DNA of 63,961 bases, the filler included, from Choristocarpus tenellus KU-1152 (Eukaryota; Protista; Phaeophyceae), in the NCBI GenBank assembly GCA_964200185.2. It is 9 parts of 9 records of this genome, joined end to end, with 100 filler letters (N's around TTAATTAATTAA, not from the genome) between each part and the next. Parts side by side here need not be neighbours in the genome. Positions count along the whole stretch, not along the records: positions 1 to 23,470 come from CAXNAD020000243.1; 8 more parts are not named here. One strand, given 5' to 3'. Each line of letters begins with the position of its first letter. Positions within the stretch are counted from its first letter, which is position 1. Of the stretch, positions 1 to 12,705 are shown one piece after another. Made by a program: the position numbers and the translations under genes. Below the pieces are notes generated by a model. The model saw only the letters and a program-made list of their open reading frames with translations. It had not been told where the DNA came from and ran no database searches.

Positions 1-410
1 GCATGGCCACCCCCCCCCCCCCCCCCCAGCGAAGTAGAGTAGAATATCAAAAGACAGCTCCACAAGCATATCCCACCAATGTACACACTACCACCGTTAG
101 CCACAGGAACTGACATGCACGAAGAGAGCTCATCCTACCCTCTAGAACAAGGACCACCTCATAAACCACCCTGCAGGCTCATATGCACCTTCTTTCGTTG
201 CTAAAATCTTGTGTTATCAGGTCATGTGGTGTACCTGGCTTCAACGCGCTCGAGCTGTGAGAGGGCAAATACAAACGCAAATTGTGTGTAAGCAGAATGG
301 AAACACGATAGAGATGGGGTGAATTGACAATGGACAGGTGGAGACAACCGTGTAAAAGAGCAATCATAAGATCAAATCCGCTTTATAACTTACACTGATG
401 AAAGGTTTCG

Positions 411-604
411 AATTCACGACACGAAAAAAGAATTCAACAAGAACATATATAGCTGTCCAATCAAATTGACGACACGAAAAAAGAAGGCAACAAGAACATA
501 TATAGCTGTCCAATCAAATTGACGACACGAAAAAAGAATTCAACAAGAACATATATAGCTGTCCAATCAAATTCACGACACGAAAAAAAAGGTCAACAAG
601 AACA
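411..604. repeat. ~54-bp tandem repeat, ~3.5 copies
   Basis: Unit AATT(C/G)ACGACACGAAAAAAGAATTCAACAAGAACATATATAGCTGTCCAATCA recurs. Confidence 0.9.
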
Positions 605-776
605 TGAAGGTGTCCAAACAAAAACGGAAAGTGGATGGGAAGGGCAAAAGGCAATAGATAGGCCAAAACTAGGCAAGCACAAGAAAAAGCTCCCAAGACC
701 AGCAACACAACCTCGCAGTCTGGCACTACAAAAGACGACGAATGGGGGCATAAAAATATACTCAACGGCAGTAAAT

Positions 777-3364
777 TCAGCCTCTTGCCTCTACCTGCAC
801 TACACCGTACACCACCTTGCTAGACAGTACCACTTCTCCACAACACCCCCACCCCTTCTATCCCAGTACTGGCTGGCTTAAGCCCCACCTTCTCTTTGGC
901 CTTCGCCAGCTTTTCCTCGATTCGAGTCTTCTTCTTCTTCAAGGAAGTGCGTTTTATCTCACGGGCCAGTTCTCGCCCTCTGACCTGAACAGAGAGGCGC
1001 TTGTGAGCGGACATCCTTGCACTCTCTGTACTTGGAGGGGGGACCGACCTTCTAGAAGGGTCGCTCAACAGGATGTCAGACACAGGACACAGGCACACCG
1101 ATACAACTTGAAGTGCTGCTTGTACATCCTTCTCTGAGGAAGGAAGCACCATCAACCAGTTAGAATCCCTTCAAGACCAAACGTTGAGACTTCTGAAATG
1201 TTACAGAGTCCCTTCAAGACCAAACGTTGAGACTTCTGACATGTTACAGAGTCCCTTCAAGACCAAAGCCATTCACCAACTCTTAGGGTTGCAACCATGG
1301 AACGATTCGCCACGCATCAAAATAACAAATATTCCTTCTGGTTGGGTCATTTAGATAGTAGGGTCTTGACAAGCACAAACAAGTATCAGGGGAGTTAATA
1401 GTATTTTGGTGGCGTGCCAAAGCGTAAGGAATAATTGCCAGGTTTCCTTCGTATCCATCAGCAATTAGTTGGGTACATGGATCTTGCAAAGGGAGTCACT
1501 GAATACAGGCAACATCACATGACTTGCTCAATGCAGGCCTGAAGCCGCCTGGCCGTGCAAAGGATTTAAATTGATTTAATTTGCTGAGTGGTTTTTGAGG
1601 TTGCCAAAGGGTACTGTCAACCCTAGAATATCAAGAGGACTAGACCCATTGTAGTGGAGTCTTGGCATTATACAATGTAACAGCTACTCTTCTATGGCCA
1701 GAGCAGCAACAACTGTATGAATCCCGATTATCCTGTTTATCCTGAGAGCAGTTATCGTTGAGAAAAAAAGTGATGTATATGCGCACTGTCAAGCGCATTC
1801 TACATACCTAGCAACTCTCCGTGGGATGGAGCAAACAAGTATGCTTACAATGGAGGTGATGCATACATGCATACCCACCCAGTGCAAATGTCAATCAAGC
1901 TCTCATTTCAGCAATATCACTCCACTAGATTTTACCAAATCAACTATTTTTTCATATATCAAGACCAGCATCCAGGGCTGATGAGATCAAGAGAGGCCCT
2001 TACTTCCACCACTGATGTGGGGAGCACATAGATGGATAGTATTCCACTTGTCCTAACCCTAACCCTCAAGTCCTTGCAGCCCGTCATTGACAATTAAGAG
2101 TTCAAGGTCACTAAAATTTTCAACAAGGGAAAAAAATCGTTTGGGGGTTGTTCTCCAAGGCTGTTAACTGCATCAGTTGGCTTTCCAACAGTTCTCCTTT
2201 AGTGGCCACAATGTCTACAAACACCAACATCCCCTAAATCTGCCATCTCGAAAATGTCCATGTGAAGTGCATCAAAACGCTTTTGCAGTGATCTCAATAA
2301 CCCAACCAGAGGAAGAATACTTGCAATATAAGTGATAAAAGGTCAAATCAAAGTTGAAGGTGGGGTACCCATGTATACCGCCTGTAATAAAAGACGTTCA
2401 GTAGTATATTCTGGGTTAACCTTTAGCATCAACTTGAACGGAGAAGGTGCGTGAGTGATATGTACAGATCATTGCTTGGATTAGGATCAAATAATCATAC
2501 GACACATTTTGGTGAGTTGCAAGGCTGCACGGCTAATGGTAAATGGTGAGGGGGGAGAAGGAATGTCTACGATAGCTGAGAACCCAAACAACCCTGGGGT
2601 TAGAGGATACTGTAGATATCCCCTACCTACTGCTGTAATAAACTAATCTCAGTCACTTCACCTGTATATCGTTGAGCGAGATCTTCTCCTGGTTCTGGAA
2701 GCATCTTGCCGCCATCTGCTGCTCGTTGTTACTGTTAATCATCTTGGTGGTTTTCTGAATTTCGGTTAGTGGATGTGGGATGCGAGCAAGGGGGATTGAG
2801 AGACCACCTGCCGAAGTATTTTTCGTGCTTCTAGGAGGAGAGCTCGAGGTTTTTCGTGGGCATTCACCTGTCCACCGAAACGCCTTCCCAGAGTTCAATG
2901 CCAAAACAAAAACAGCTCCCACGACTTGCGCAATTGAAGATATAGACGATGTAACCAATGATACCGCTACTTTCAGTTCAAGAATTGTAATCTCGCCTCT
3001 TCTTGCTTGGCAGCCTCTCGCAACTTCGACTGCTTGGGCATCACGTTGAAAGCTATGGAGGTTCAAGATACATGGTTTAGAAGGGCAAGTTGTTGAGCAA
3101 GAGAGGAGCGAGGGTAAGATGCCATGTGTACATCGACTAAGCCACCTACGATGGATATGGAAGATAAACTAGCACTTTTCCATCCCTCTCCGCATTTGGG
3201 GCAAGCACATTCACCGTATCAGGAGATAACTCACAGCCCTTTTTAGCCGCCGTCTTGCCCTTGTTGACCGTCCTGTTAGACTTGGAGACAACCTTTCCTC
3301 CCTTTCCAGCCTTTCCTTTCACCTTGAGCGCCTTTTTTCTCGCCTTATACCCACCTTGAGCCAT
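777..3364 (-). CDS. Small basic protein, DUF2462/UPF0390 (C19orf53/LYDG10-like) family; 5 predicted exons: 3364-3235, 3052-2997, 2754-2662, 984-889, 794-777
   Basis: Phase-consistent splice gives MAQGGYKARKK...AAKKG-SFNVMPKQSKLREAAKQEE-KTTKMINSNNEQQMAARCFQNQEKISLNDIQ-VRGRELAREIKRTSLKKKKTRIEEKLAKAKEK-VEARG*. The MAQG start and KGxxxxxPK...INxxxExxxAxR pattern match the family. Intron 2 needs a GC donor. Confidence 0.75.
1166..1267. repeat. ~43-bp tandem repeat, ~2.4 copies (intronic)
   Basis: TCCCTTCAAGACCAAACGTTGAGACTTCTGAxATGTTACAGAG repeated. Confidence 0.9.
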
Positions 3365-4888
3365 GGTAAAAGGTGCCGTCTATTCAGAGGCAGAGTTACG
3401 CAAGGAGTGGTCACCTTGTTTTGAAAGTCCTTGTTGATCGGAGTGTTATGCATCTCTTCACCCGTCCATCCGTCCATCCATTTTTTTGTGTTCACATCTA
3501 TCTCAACAACTTCGTTCCTGTTTCACAATTTTCTCAGTCGTTTCCACGTTTCAGTGAGAATGAGGAAGGAGTAGAGAGTAGTCATCCTCACTCGTCCTGC
3601 ACTGCAATGATCTGCGATGTGCAACTAAATAGGGAAAGAGTGTAGTTGTAGCGGACAGAACAACGTACTCCGTCTGAACGGGTTACAGTAACTTAGAGAT
3701 TAGTAATCATGCACGTCTGGTTATGATGAAGATGATATTTGTGGTTGGTATAGTTTCTGAGGTGGTAGTGAGTGGTGATTGGTGGGCATCTGTTTGAAAT
3801 CCTTCAAGCAAAACTATTTCGTATCTTTTTATTCGAATCAAGTAAAATATCTTCCACCTCGGTCTGTACAAAACACTTCCTCTGCCCTCCATAACATCAC
3901 CCTCAAGTCCCATTCACTAACCTATGCCAGAGAAGGACAACAACTACAACAACAGTAGTAGAATCAATAAAACCCTTTGAGTCTATCTATCTATAGCTGC
4001 AATAGGAGGAAGATATATAGATGTTCACATGATTCGGGTGGAGAGGTAGTGGGCGATGGTTAGTATATATATGGAGTGAAGATGTCCTCAATTTCTATCA
4101 CGAGACAGAAGTTGAGCGTGTGGTCTTCTCGACTAACTGTGCGGTAGGAAGAAGTAGAAGGTACAACCAATAAACCTTTCTGAGATTGACAATACAAAGG
4201 ACCTCTCACTACGTTTAGCTGGTTGCGCTAGAGATAGTGGTATCAACACACACAACACAACATATTGCGTAGTAGAACCTATATTTGCGCATTACTCTGG
4301 CTTGCTGAAGGAGTAGTAAGTGTTCAGGATAGTGTAAATCCCTGCGTCATCAAAGACAGTTCTCATCTTCATTCTTCAAGAAGACTGTAACTATATATTT
4401 AATGGGGATGACAACGTATAAAATATCATTTTTTGGCGAGTAGACCTCTCCTTAAATAGGGAATGTTGTGGAACAAATACACCTATTGGTTCGACGCGAC
4501 AAAGAGAGTATCATTCTTCTCGTAAGAGCACCCCAGAAGCTGTAAAGAAGATCAGTGCAAATTTTTACATCCCAAAAACTTAGGACTGCTCCAGACTTGT
4601 TGACTTGGTCCACTACTGTCTACTATTGTGATCCGTGCACACAATGTACGGTTCATTATTTCGTTCCTGGGTTTCTGTCTTGTCTTTCCTGCATTGTCCT
4701 CTACTCCCTCCATCAGCCTTTCTATTATACTATAATTAGGGATATTGTTATTTTTTATTGTTGCTATGAATACTCTTGGTATGACATTTAACAAACAGGA
4801 GTAGCTACACACTACTACTATAGTATCTTACTATTACTTACTTGGTTCTTTTGACCTTGACCTCTGCATTCTTCGATCCCATTCATCA

Positions 4889-5146
4889 GAGTCGAAGTAT
4901 CTTAGAGGGTAGATCCGCGTCCAATTGGGGGCCAGAATCCAATATTGTGATTTTGATGTAATTTTGGCTATCATGTTTGTCAGGAAGTGTCAATATCCTT
5001 GCTCCAGACACACCTATTCATAACGTATACATTTTACCTAATCTGAAACATTTCAGAGTAAGAAAATGTCGTAAAATAACCGTGGGAAGCCAAGTCCCAA
5101 ACGGACAAACAGGACAAAACTCGTACCCTCTAAGATACTTTCACTC
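4889..5146 (+). mobile_element. MITE family A (Sola2-like), full copy, TSD ATCA
   Basis: TIRs GAGTCGAAGTATCTTAGAGGGTA / TACCCTCTAAGATACTTTCACTC; ATCA on both sides. Confidence 0.9.
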
Positions 5147-7513
5147 ATCAACATCATCATGTGTACAACAGTAGTAGGGAGTACGAAGATGAGCTCTCTA
5201 TTTATCTCTTTGTCTTCCTCCCTCTATTTCGTTTTTGCGTAGGGAGCTGCTCTTTGTTCTCACGGGAAATGTATGAATGTGTGTGTGCAGTTGATACTGA
5301 TTGATTGATTCGTGCTACTATGCGGCACAATTTTAAAATCAAGCAACGCTCTCAACGATTTCCTGTGGCGTTGATGTTGCTGTGGACTTGACTTGTTTGC
5401 ATTCTGACAATAATTCATTCTTATCTATTTTTTCTCATTATTTCTGTGTACCTGAGAACAACTGACTCTAGCCAAGAAGTAGAGGGATAAATATCAAATC
5501 AAGAAATATGCTCGTCCTTCTTGTAGAATGAAACTATCCCTCTAGCACATGCTCATGGACATTATTGTTTAACACCACGTTACCTACATGGAAGGGTCCT
5601 TGCTGACTGCACTCCCATTCAAAGCAAGCATGAGGAGAATGTGTATGTTTGGAAGAGAGAGCTCAAAAGGACCGCATATCAGAACTAAATAAACAGGATT
5701 CCTTCAAGAAGAATGGCTAGCCCAAAGCGAAACATTTCACATTAGTGTGTCACCATGGTATTGTTGTAGTAGTGGGCATCAGTATATTTGGAAACCTAAT
5801 CGTTGCATCATGCACCCTTCACCCCTCCAATCAATCATACTTTTTTTGGTGCTACAATAGAACTAAACCACACTATCTTTTGCTCCCAATTATTTTTACA
5901 GTATTGTTTCACTTCAAAGATTTTTTATTGTGTAAGGCACACAGAGTATTCATTTTATTGAGTATACCTTTAATGCACAATAGTAAAGTACGTGTTTGAT
6001 GCCTTGCTATGGCCAACAAATTTGAAAATAGTACCTTCAACATCGTAAGCCAGTCTTCAATAAACGTGGATGCATAAGGGAAGACTGGTCCTTAAGAGGT
6101 CCCTTGTATAATTTTCCCTCATACATACCTTCAAGCTCTCAATCTTGCTTTTGCATATTCAGGGAACCTAAAACTGCTGAGCAATTTCAGGGTGCTGTGG
6201 TCCTAATGCCCAGGACTTTGGTTAATAAAGAGACACGAGCAAACTTCTCCACACATGTACCTCAAGTGTCATTCCTCCCATTCCAGACGCCAAGGAATTA
6301 ATGCTATATAAATGGAGATTCTAATGCTCTGGCAGGCCTTTACAAAAAAATTAGTCCCGAAGCAGTAAATAGAAAGCAGTCTCATTGCATCTCCACCATC
6401 CACCTGGTTACAAACAGCAAAAAGTCACTTTGTGATGTGATGCACCCAAGCTAATGCAAGGAACCCTTAGCACTAGGCCTTCAAAATGTAGTTTAATGTG
6501 CTTTAATACTATTGGGTTCTTCCACAAGGTCAATTGGCAGATGTATTTATCTTAGTTGGGGCAGTCCATCCCTCCCTTTTGCCCTGTAGTCAGGTTTTCA
6601 AGTATTGCTCCCTCCCACCAGGGTGCAGGTCTGTCAAAAAATGGATAGTGCATCATGAAGACCCTCCTTTCTCTTGCATCGATGAACCAAAGAAGACCTT
6701 TCTGTCATTGCTTCCCCCTCCCTATGCCTCAATGAGTAGAAAATGAACAGTTAACATCAATGCGGTGTCAGGAGGGCATCCATTGGCCCTGCCCCTGGTG
6801 GTGTTCGGTACAGGCCTTTTGGCGGTGGTAGGCCCCAGCATTGAGTGGAGTTGCCAGAGCCCTGCAACTCTGATGCAAGCACCTTGCAAGAGCAGGGGAA
6901 TTGATGCACATTGGTCGAGCAGGTTGTGAAAATGCAAAGCAGTGAGAAAGAAGGAAAGGTTTCCAATTAAAAAAACTTCAGGGCAGATATTAAAATTCAG
7001 ATATACCCTGGTTATCACACAGCTGCCCAACAAATAGTGAGGCGTACTCCTTGGTTCAAATGTACTCCAATAGTCTTAGTTGTGGATGCCAGGAATGGAA
7101 TTCCCTTATAAAGAGATGGTATGTGAGAGAATGTCTTATAAAGAGATGCTTGAGTGAAATCTTAGATTCCGCTTATTCATTGCCAATGACACACTTTCTG
7201 TTTTGTAGTGGGAGATAGATCATGGGATCATGAGGCAGAACTCAGAAGTAGTTCAGACTCCATCAAGTGAGTGTAGGGTGCAAAAGTTGCTTTAATTTCT
7301 ATTGGACCATGGTGCAAGTGGTTGTAAGGGTGGAGCTGGTACACAATCCAGGCATTATCTCATCCTTAGCTTTTGCTGTGGTTAACAAGGAATTGATTCC
7401 TTGATATAAAAATAGTACTACATTTCGAGAATAGGCAATAAGTCTTGCTACAAAACCAGCTGTTCTCGACTCTGTACAACCTCAAAGTACTGTATATATG
7501 GCCAAGGAGAACC

Positions 7514-7754
7514 GATCCAAAGCATTACAGAGGGTAGGAGTTTACCCCTGTTTGTCTGTTTGGGGCTTCGCTTCCCACGTGTTTTTTATGCCCCTTTTCG
7601 GTTTTCTGTGTTTCAGAGTAAGTAAAATGTACATGGCTAAGCAAGGATATTGACACTTGCTAACAAACACGATAGCCAAAATTACATCAAAATCGCAACA
7701 TTGGACTTACGACCCTGAAAGGACGCAGCCCTGCCCTCTTAAATGATTTGGATC
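7514..7754 (-). mobile_element. MITE family A, degenerate copy
   Basis: Shares the internal GATATTGACACTT..AACAAACACGATAGCCAAAATTACATCAAAATCGCAACATTGG segment with other copies; TIRs eroded. Confidence 0.85.
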
Positions 7755-8210
7755 AGCCCAGCAACAGCATCACTTGGGTAAAGTAGTACCTTCAGAGGAG
7801 GGCAGGGAAAGCACCAACAGAGAGGTGTAGTAATGCCCCCATTATGTCAGAGAGCAGTGTGGTAGAATGAACTACTTCGATGCTAATACCAGGGAGTCCC
7901 TGGATAAATTGCTGGTCACATGGGTCTAGCATAAGGATGGTTGCTATTTTCTAGTCCACAACCATACACAACCCTGAACAGGAGAGATATTTTCGTCCCC
8001 TACTGACAGCTACAGACACAGCAGGAACATGTACTCTTCCACACAAGTTTTCCACAGGTAATCATTACAAGCATTCGGAGATAGATAGGACCTTGGTCCA
8101 ATCCTTCCACATCACATTCTATTCACTTTTGCAAACCAAACTTCCACTGAGCCTCCGATGAATCTCACCATGGGACCAGCCCAACACCTTTTTGGTCTTA
8201 CCACAAGTCC

Positions 8211-11200
8211 TCAACCCAAACCCAATTCCCTCACCCTGTTCCGAAACCCCACGAGCACAGCTCTGATAGTGTCCACCACAAGAGATGTGCATGCTTTAAT
8301 AATCCCAGGGGTTTCATCCCTCAGTTCTCCATCATCCATGTAGCTATTGTCGCTATTGCCGAACTGTTTGCTCCCCCAGTTGCCTGTATCTGCTGGCAAT
8401 GCAGCTTGCAGAAGGGGTAAGGATGACCTACAAAATCGGAGGGCAGATTCCCTGGGTTTTTCATTTGCCTGTGTGTGTATGTGTGTGTGTGTGAGGTCAG
8501 TCATGGTACATGGAAACATTTTTCTGTTGAATTAAAGTTATCCATGAGACCATTGCTTTAGGCTGTTGTGAATATTAAATCCCTTTTTTCTATTGCTTGA
8601 TTCTGAAACTGCTACAAAGTTGTGCCAGGACATAGTTATTCAATGGTATTACTGCTGTCATCACTATTTTCATTGAAATATTACTACTCCGGAGTATTCT
8701 TCTACAGTTGCTCGCATTACATATATCTTAAAAATCGAGAGGGGCAGGAATGTATCAGGAACAGTCCAAGGGATGGCGTTTACACTGCGACTACCACTCA
8801 GCAGTTGAGACTCGAGGAGGGACTCCGTGTGCTCATTGGAAAAGAAACTGATATGGCGAGCAGCCAACGCCATGTCAAGGTGTTGGAGATCCCTATTCTT
8901 TGCTTGATAATCATGTACACAAACTTGTCCTTCCTATGGGCATATAGGGGGAAGTCATAAGCCTAACACCTAACACTGTAGGAGGTGCAAATAGATCGAG
9001 GTGCAAATAGATCAAGGTAGCATCAATTGCTATCGGGAAGAGGTGATGAGGTGATCCATCGTCCAGATGGAGACAGGGTGATCAGTGGAGGTAAAAGTAC
9101 ACTCATTCAGTCCTTTTTTCGAGCAGACACTCACTGGTCTATCTCCGGCTTATAGCATGTCGCAACTTGTACCACGGTTGTAACCCTAACCCTAATTCAG
9201 ACTACCTTGAGTTCTCTTCATGTCCTTCCTCACCCTGAAGTCAGCATACATAGTTTCTCCTTTGATGGTGATAGGGACACTAAAGGTGAAGAAATCTTCT
9301 TCGCTGTCACTGTTTGTCATGGATGGTGGAGGGGAGAACAGTTCAATATTCCTTCCCTGCTCCCCATCACTCTTGTACTGCCCAGTGGCATGGACTGCTA
9401 GGGCCCGTGCAGCAATGTCTTTTACCTGGGAGGATTTAAGGAGTTTAAGTTCGGTGACAATGTTGGTGGGGAGAACAAGGATGACAAAAGCCTTAACCAA
9501 GCACAGACAAATGTTCAAATGAAAATGACTGGGCAAGCGGCGCCAGCAGCCTAGGCAAAACTACAACATGTACAGATACAAAACCTGCCAAAAAATAGTT
9601 AACTGACAGAGGAATGAAGTGTATGTCGAAAACAAATGACACAACGTGACTAATAATAGTGCTTGAAGCTATCGTGTTTGAAGCTGTAATAATAACACCT
9701 TGATGTTCTGAGGTCGGCATGTATACTGTATAACATCTTTGGACAGTGTGACGATCAACGGTGGCATTACCTTATGAGGTGTTCTCACAAGTTTATTTTC
9801 CTTTGTTGACTTGTCTGAAAGACACTTGGAGCCCATATTATCAAGAGTGTATGCTGAATAGGGCAACACATGCAGCGCATTTCCTCTACTATTATTACAC
9901 ATGTTATCCAGCATAAACCCTGCAATCAATTTTCTCCTCTATGACACATGCTGTCCAACAAGTCTTGGACCCATTTCCATCTACAGTACATATTGTCCAC
10001 ACAACTCTCTGCAGTCTGTAATGCTAAATGGAGCTGTATCATGCAACCATGACATTGCCTGAGGTGTGAAGAAACTAGATATATCTATACATGGAGTACA
10101 ATATGTATTACTAGTGCGTGCTACAGAATATATGTCTTGGTCGCAAAGCGTGGACACATGGTGATGTCTACTTCAAGTGTCAGTTTTTCCTGAGCACTTT
10201 AACACAGGAAGTCGGCTGTAGCATAGGATGCAAAACAACAGAAAGTCATATACTGCACTTTGAACTATTTGCTACCTATGGGTGGACCGAGTTGAAATTC
10301 TTTACTCTACCTGCTGCAATCTAGGACCTTGGCAGCTCAGCGTTCTATAGGCAAGGCCTGGTGGCATCAATAATCCCCAAGGTGTACAAACATAACACTC
10401 AAAGGACAGTTGTCCTGTATATTTTGGGGACGATACCTGAGACACACAGTCCTCCAAGGCAGAACCTCCATCAGACAAGTTTAACTCTGGCTGGTTGCAC
10501 AGCTTGCTTGCCATGTCTCCAGGGGTAGTACTGTGCATCACCGCCAGTCCTATTTTTACACCATTAATGTTTAGGGGGACATTGAATAAGGTCCTCCCAT
10601 TGTCGTCAGCTAATCGTAGCTCCTCACTCAGCTCATCCACACGCTTGAGTTGCTCTTGTTGTACTTCGAGACGGTTTCTGGCCATGGCCTTTTCTTCCTC
10701 TGCTCGGGCAACAATTGCAGAAGATAGAGTATTGGAACAATCAATGATGGGCGTGGCCTCTCCCTTGCCAAGGTAGCTTGTGCAGAAGGTCTTTGCCACT
10801 TCAACAGGATCCTGTCGAATGGTGAGCAGTGCAAAGGATCCGGAACAAGTCTATGCAGGTATGGTTCAAGAGAATGTTATAAGTGTGGGGACATAGTTGT
10901 ACGTAAAAAGTAATCTTCTCAAAATTGAATTCAAGTCCAACTGTGCCCTCTGTCTTCTCCTTCCCATAAAATTGGTCAACACTGCGCTAGGAAAGAATGG
11001 CTATACCCGATACGTGTGATGTATGTCAGCCCATTTCCTGGATGTGTGAGCTGTTAGTGCCCTGCCTTCCCCCCTAATTCTGCTGTTTAGAGGATGAATT
11101 ACTATCACCTAGACAATCGAGTTGAAATCGTTAACACCGTATACCTCGCTTGGAGGGAAAGGGTTATGGATACTTTGCAGTATGCAATGGTATATGGGGA

Positions 11201-12138
11201 ATAATCACCTGGGAAACACAAAAAGAAAGTTGTTGTGGTTGCCCACCATTGATAGAGACAGGCGCACTGAAGAGAGGCCTCTCAGGCAATCTCTCGATAT
11301 CAGCAAGCCCTCACATGGAATTTGCTACAGTGGACTCGTACCCTGAGTTTGCCTGGCATAATATATCAAGGGAATCCTTTTGGTGCGTTTGGATTGGGAT
11401 CTCTCTTGTATCCATGATTTGATCCTCTAGCACCTTTCCAGGGGGCATAGGTAAGGTCAACAGTTGCAAAGTAAGTCTACTAGCAACTCAAACAATAATC
11501 CAAAAGAAGAGTCTCGCTGGAGACTTTCCACACCATAGTATGCAGTAGGGAGATCTTTCACACCTAGATAGTGTATGTTGTGGGTTTCGATGCACCATAA
11601 TTATTTTTAACAGGATATCTTTTGGTGGAAAGGTATGGCTAGCCTCCTCGCTCTCGCGCAAAATTTCGTGAGATTAGAACTCACCTTCACAAGCTGAGGT
11701 TTGAGGATCTCCTCTGATAAGCCGTGGAAGCCGTGGTCCTTGCAGAACAATGTGGCAGCCTATTTGTAGAGAGTAAATGGAAAGGTTAGGCTGTAAATTA
11801 CACCAGGGATGTACAGGTTTGTGCAGCTCGACGATGCTGGGAATCGTCAGGTTCTTCTACCTTGCAATACGTTAGCATATTGGCAACGCGAAGTCGAAAA
11901 ATACGTTGGTTGTTACAAGGATCCGTACTGATATGGTCTTGTATATATTGCTCACTTCCGTTGCTGTCTCGCCTTCCCGAAGTGTTAATGGGTAGGGTTT
12001 GGATGCCTCATCGACAAGCACGTCCAGAGATACGACGAGAGACCCACGATTTACCTCCGACATCGATTGCTTTCTTAGTAACACCATGATGGTGACGATC
12101 AGGCGCAGCACCCAACGCTCACGCCTACCACCTACCAT
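8211..12138 (-). CDS. Uncharacterised multi-exon protein with N-terminal hydrophobic leader and repeated beta-beta-'AxxFC' modules (3' exons approximate)
   Basis: Exons 12138-11956 and 11759-11685 join in phase (VSLDVLVDEASKPYPLTLREGETATE-AATLFCKDHG). Further canonical-splice exons lie near 11433-11342, 10851-10437, 9425-9208 and ~8430-8211. Confidence 0.6.
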
Positions 12139-12320
12139 AGGAACTGCTAACTATTCGCCGACAGAAATAGGATTGAGATTCTCGCGTTCGTTCGTTGGGA
12201 TGGAATGTTTGCGGTATATGTATTTCGGTTATATTTGTTATCTTTTGCATGTGGGTAAGTTGGAGGAGAGGATTGAAGATGTTGATATGAGGTTGATGGG
12301 AAGAAATACACAGTTTATGA

Positions 12321-12355
<35 letters not shown>

Positions 12356-12487
12356 CCAAATACGTACGAAACGCCTATACGGTGATATGAGCAAAAATGA
12401 CTTTTTTGGTTTACTCACGAATTTTGGATCATTATTTATTCTATGTTTGTATTCCACCCATTTCCCTCCTCCTCATTGTACCATCAC

Positions 12488-12705
12488 CTATGACCAACCA
12501 GTGTGAACCCCCTTCGCCACTGATTTCCAGTCACCCCCCTCATTTGATGACCAACCAGTGCAACCCCTTCACCATTGATTTCCAGTTACCAACCACATCT
12601 GATGATCAACCAGTGTAACCCCTTTGTTACTGATTCCATTCACCAACCAAATCTGATGACCAACCAGTGCGCGACCCCTTTCTTTGCCACTGATTTCCAG
12701 TCATC
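12488..12705. repeat. Degenerate ~55-bp tandem repeat, 4 copies
   Basis: TGA(C/T)CAACCAGTG...CCCCTT...ACTGATTTCCAGTCA motif recurs. Confidence 0.75.

Noticed and set aside
411-604. ~54-bp repeats as a possible CRISPR-like array
   Set aside because: Whole units are duplicated with no variable spacers
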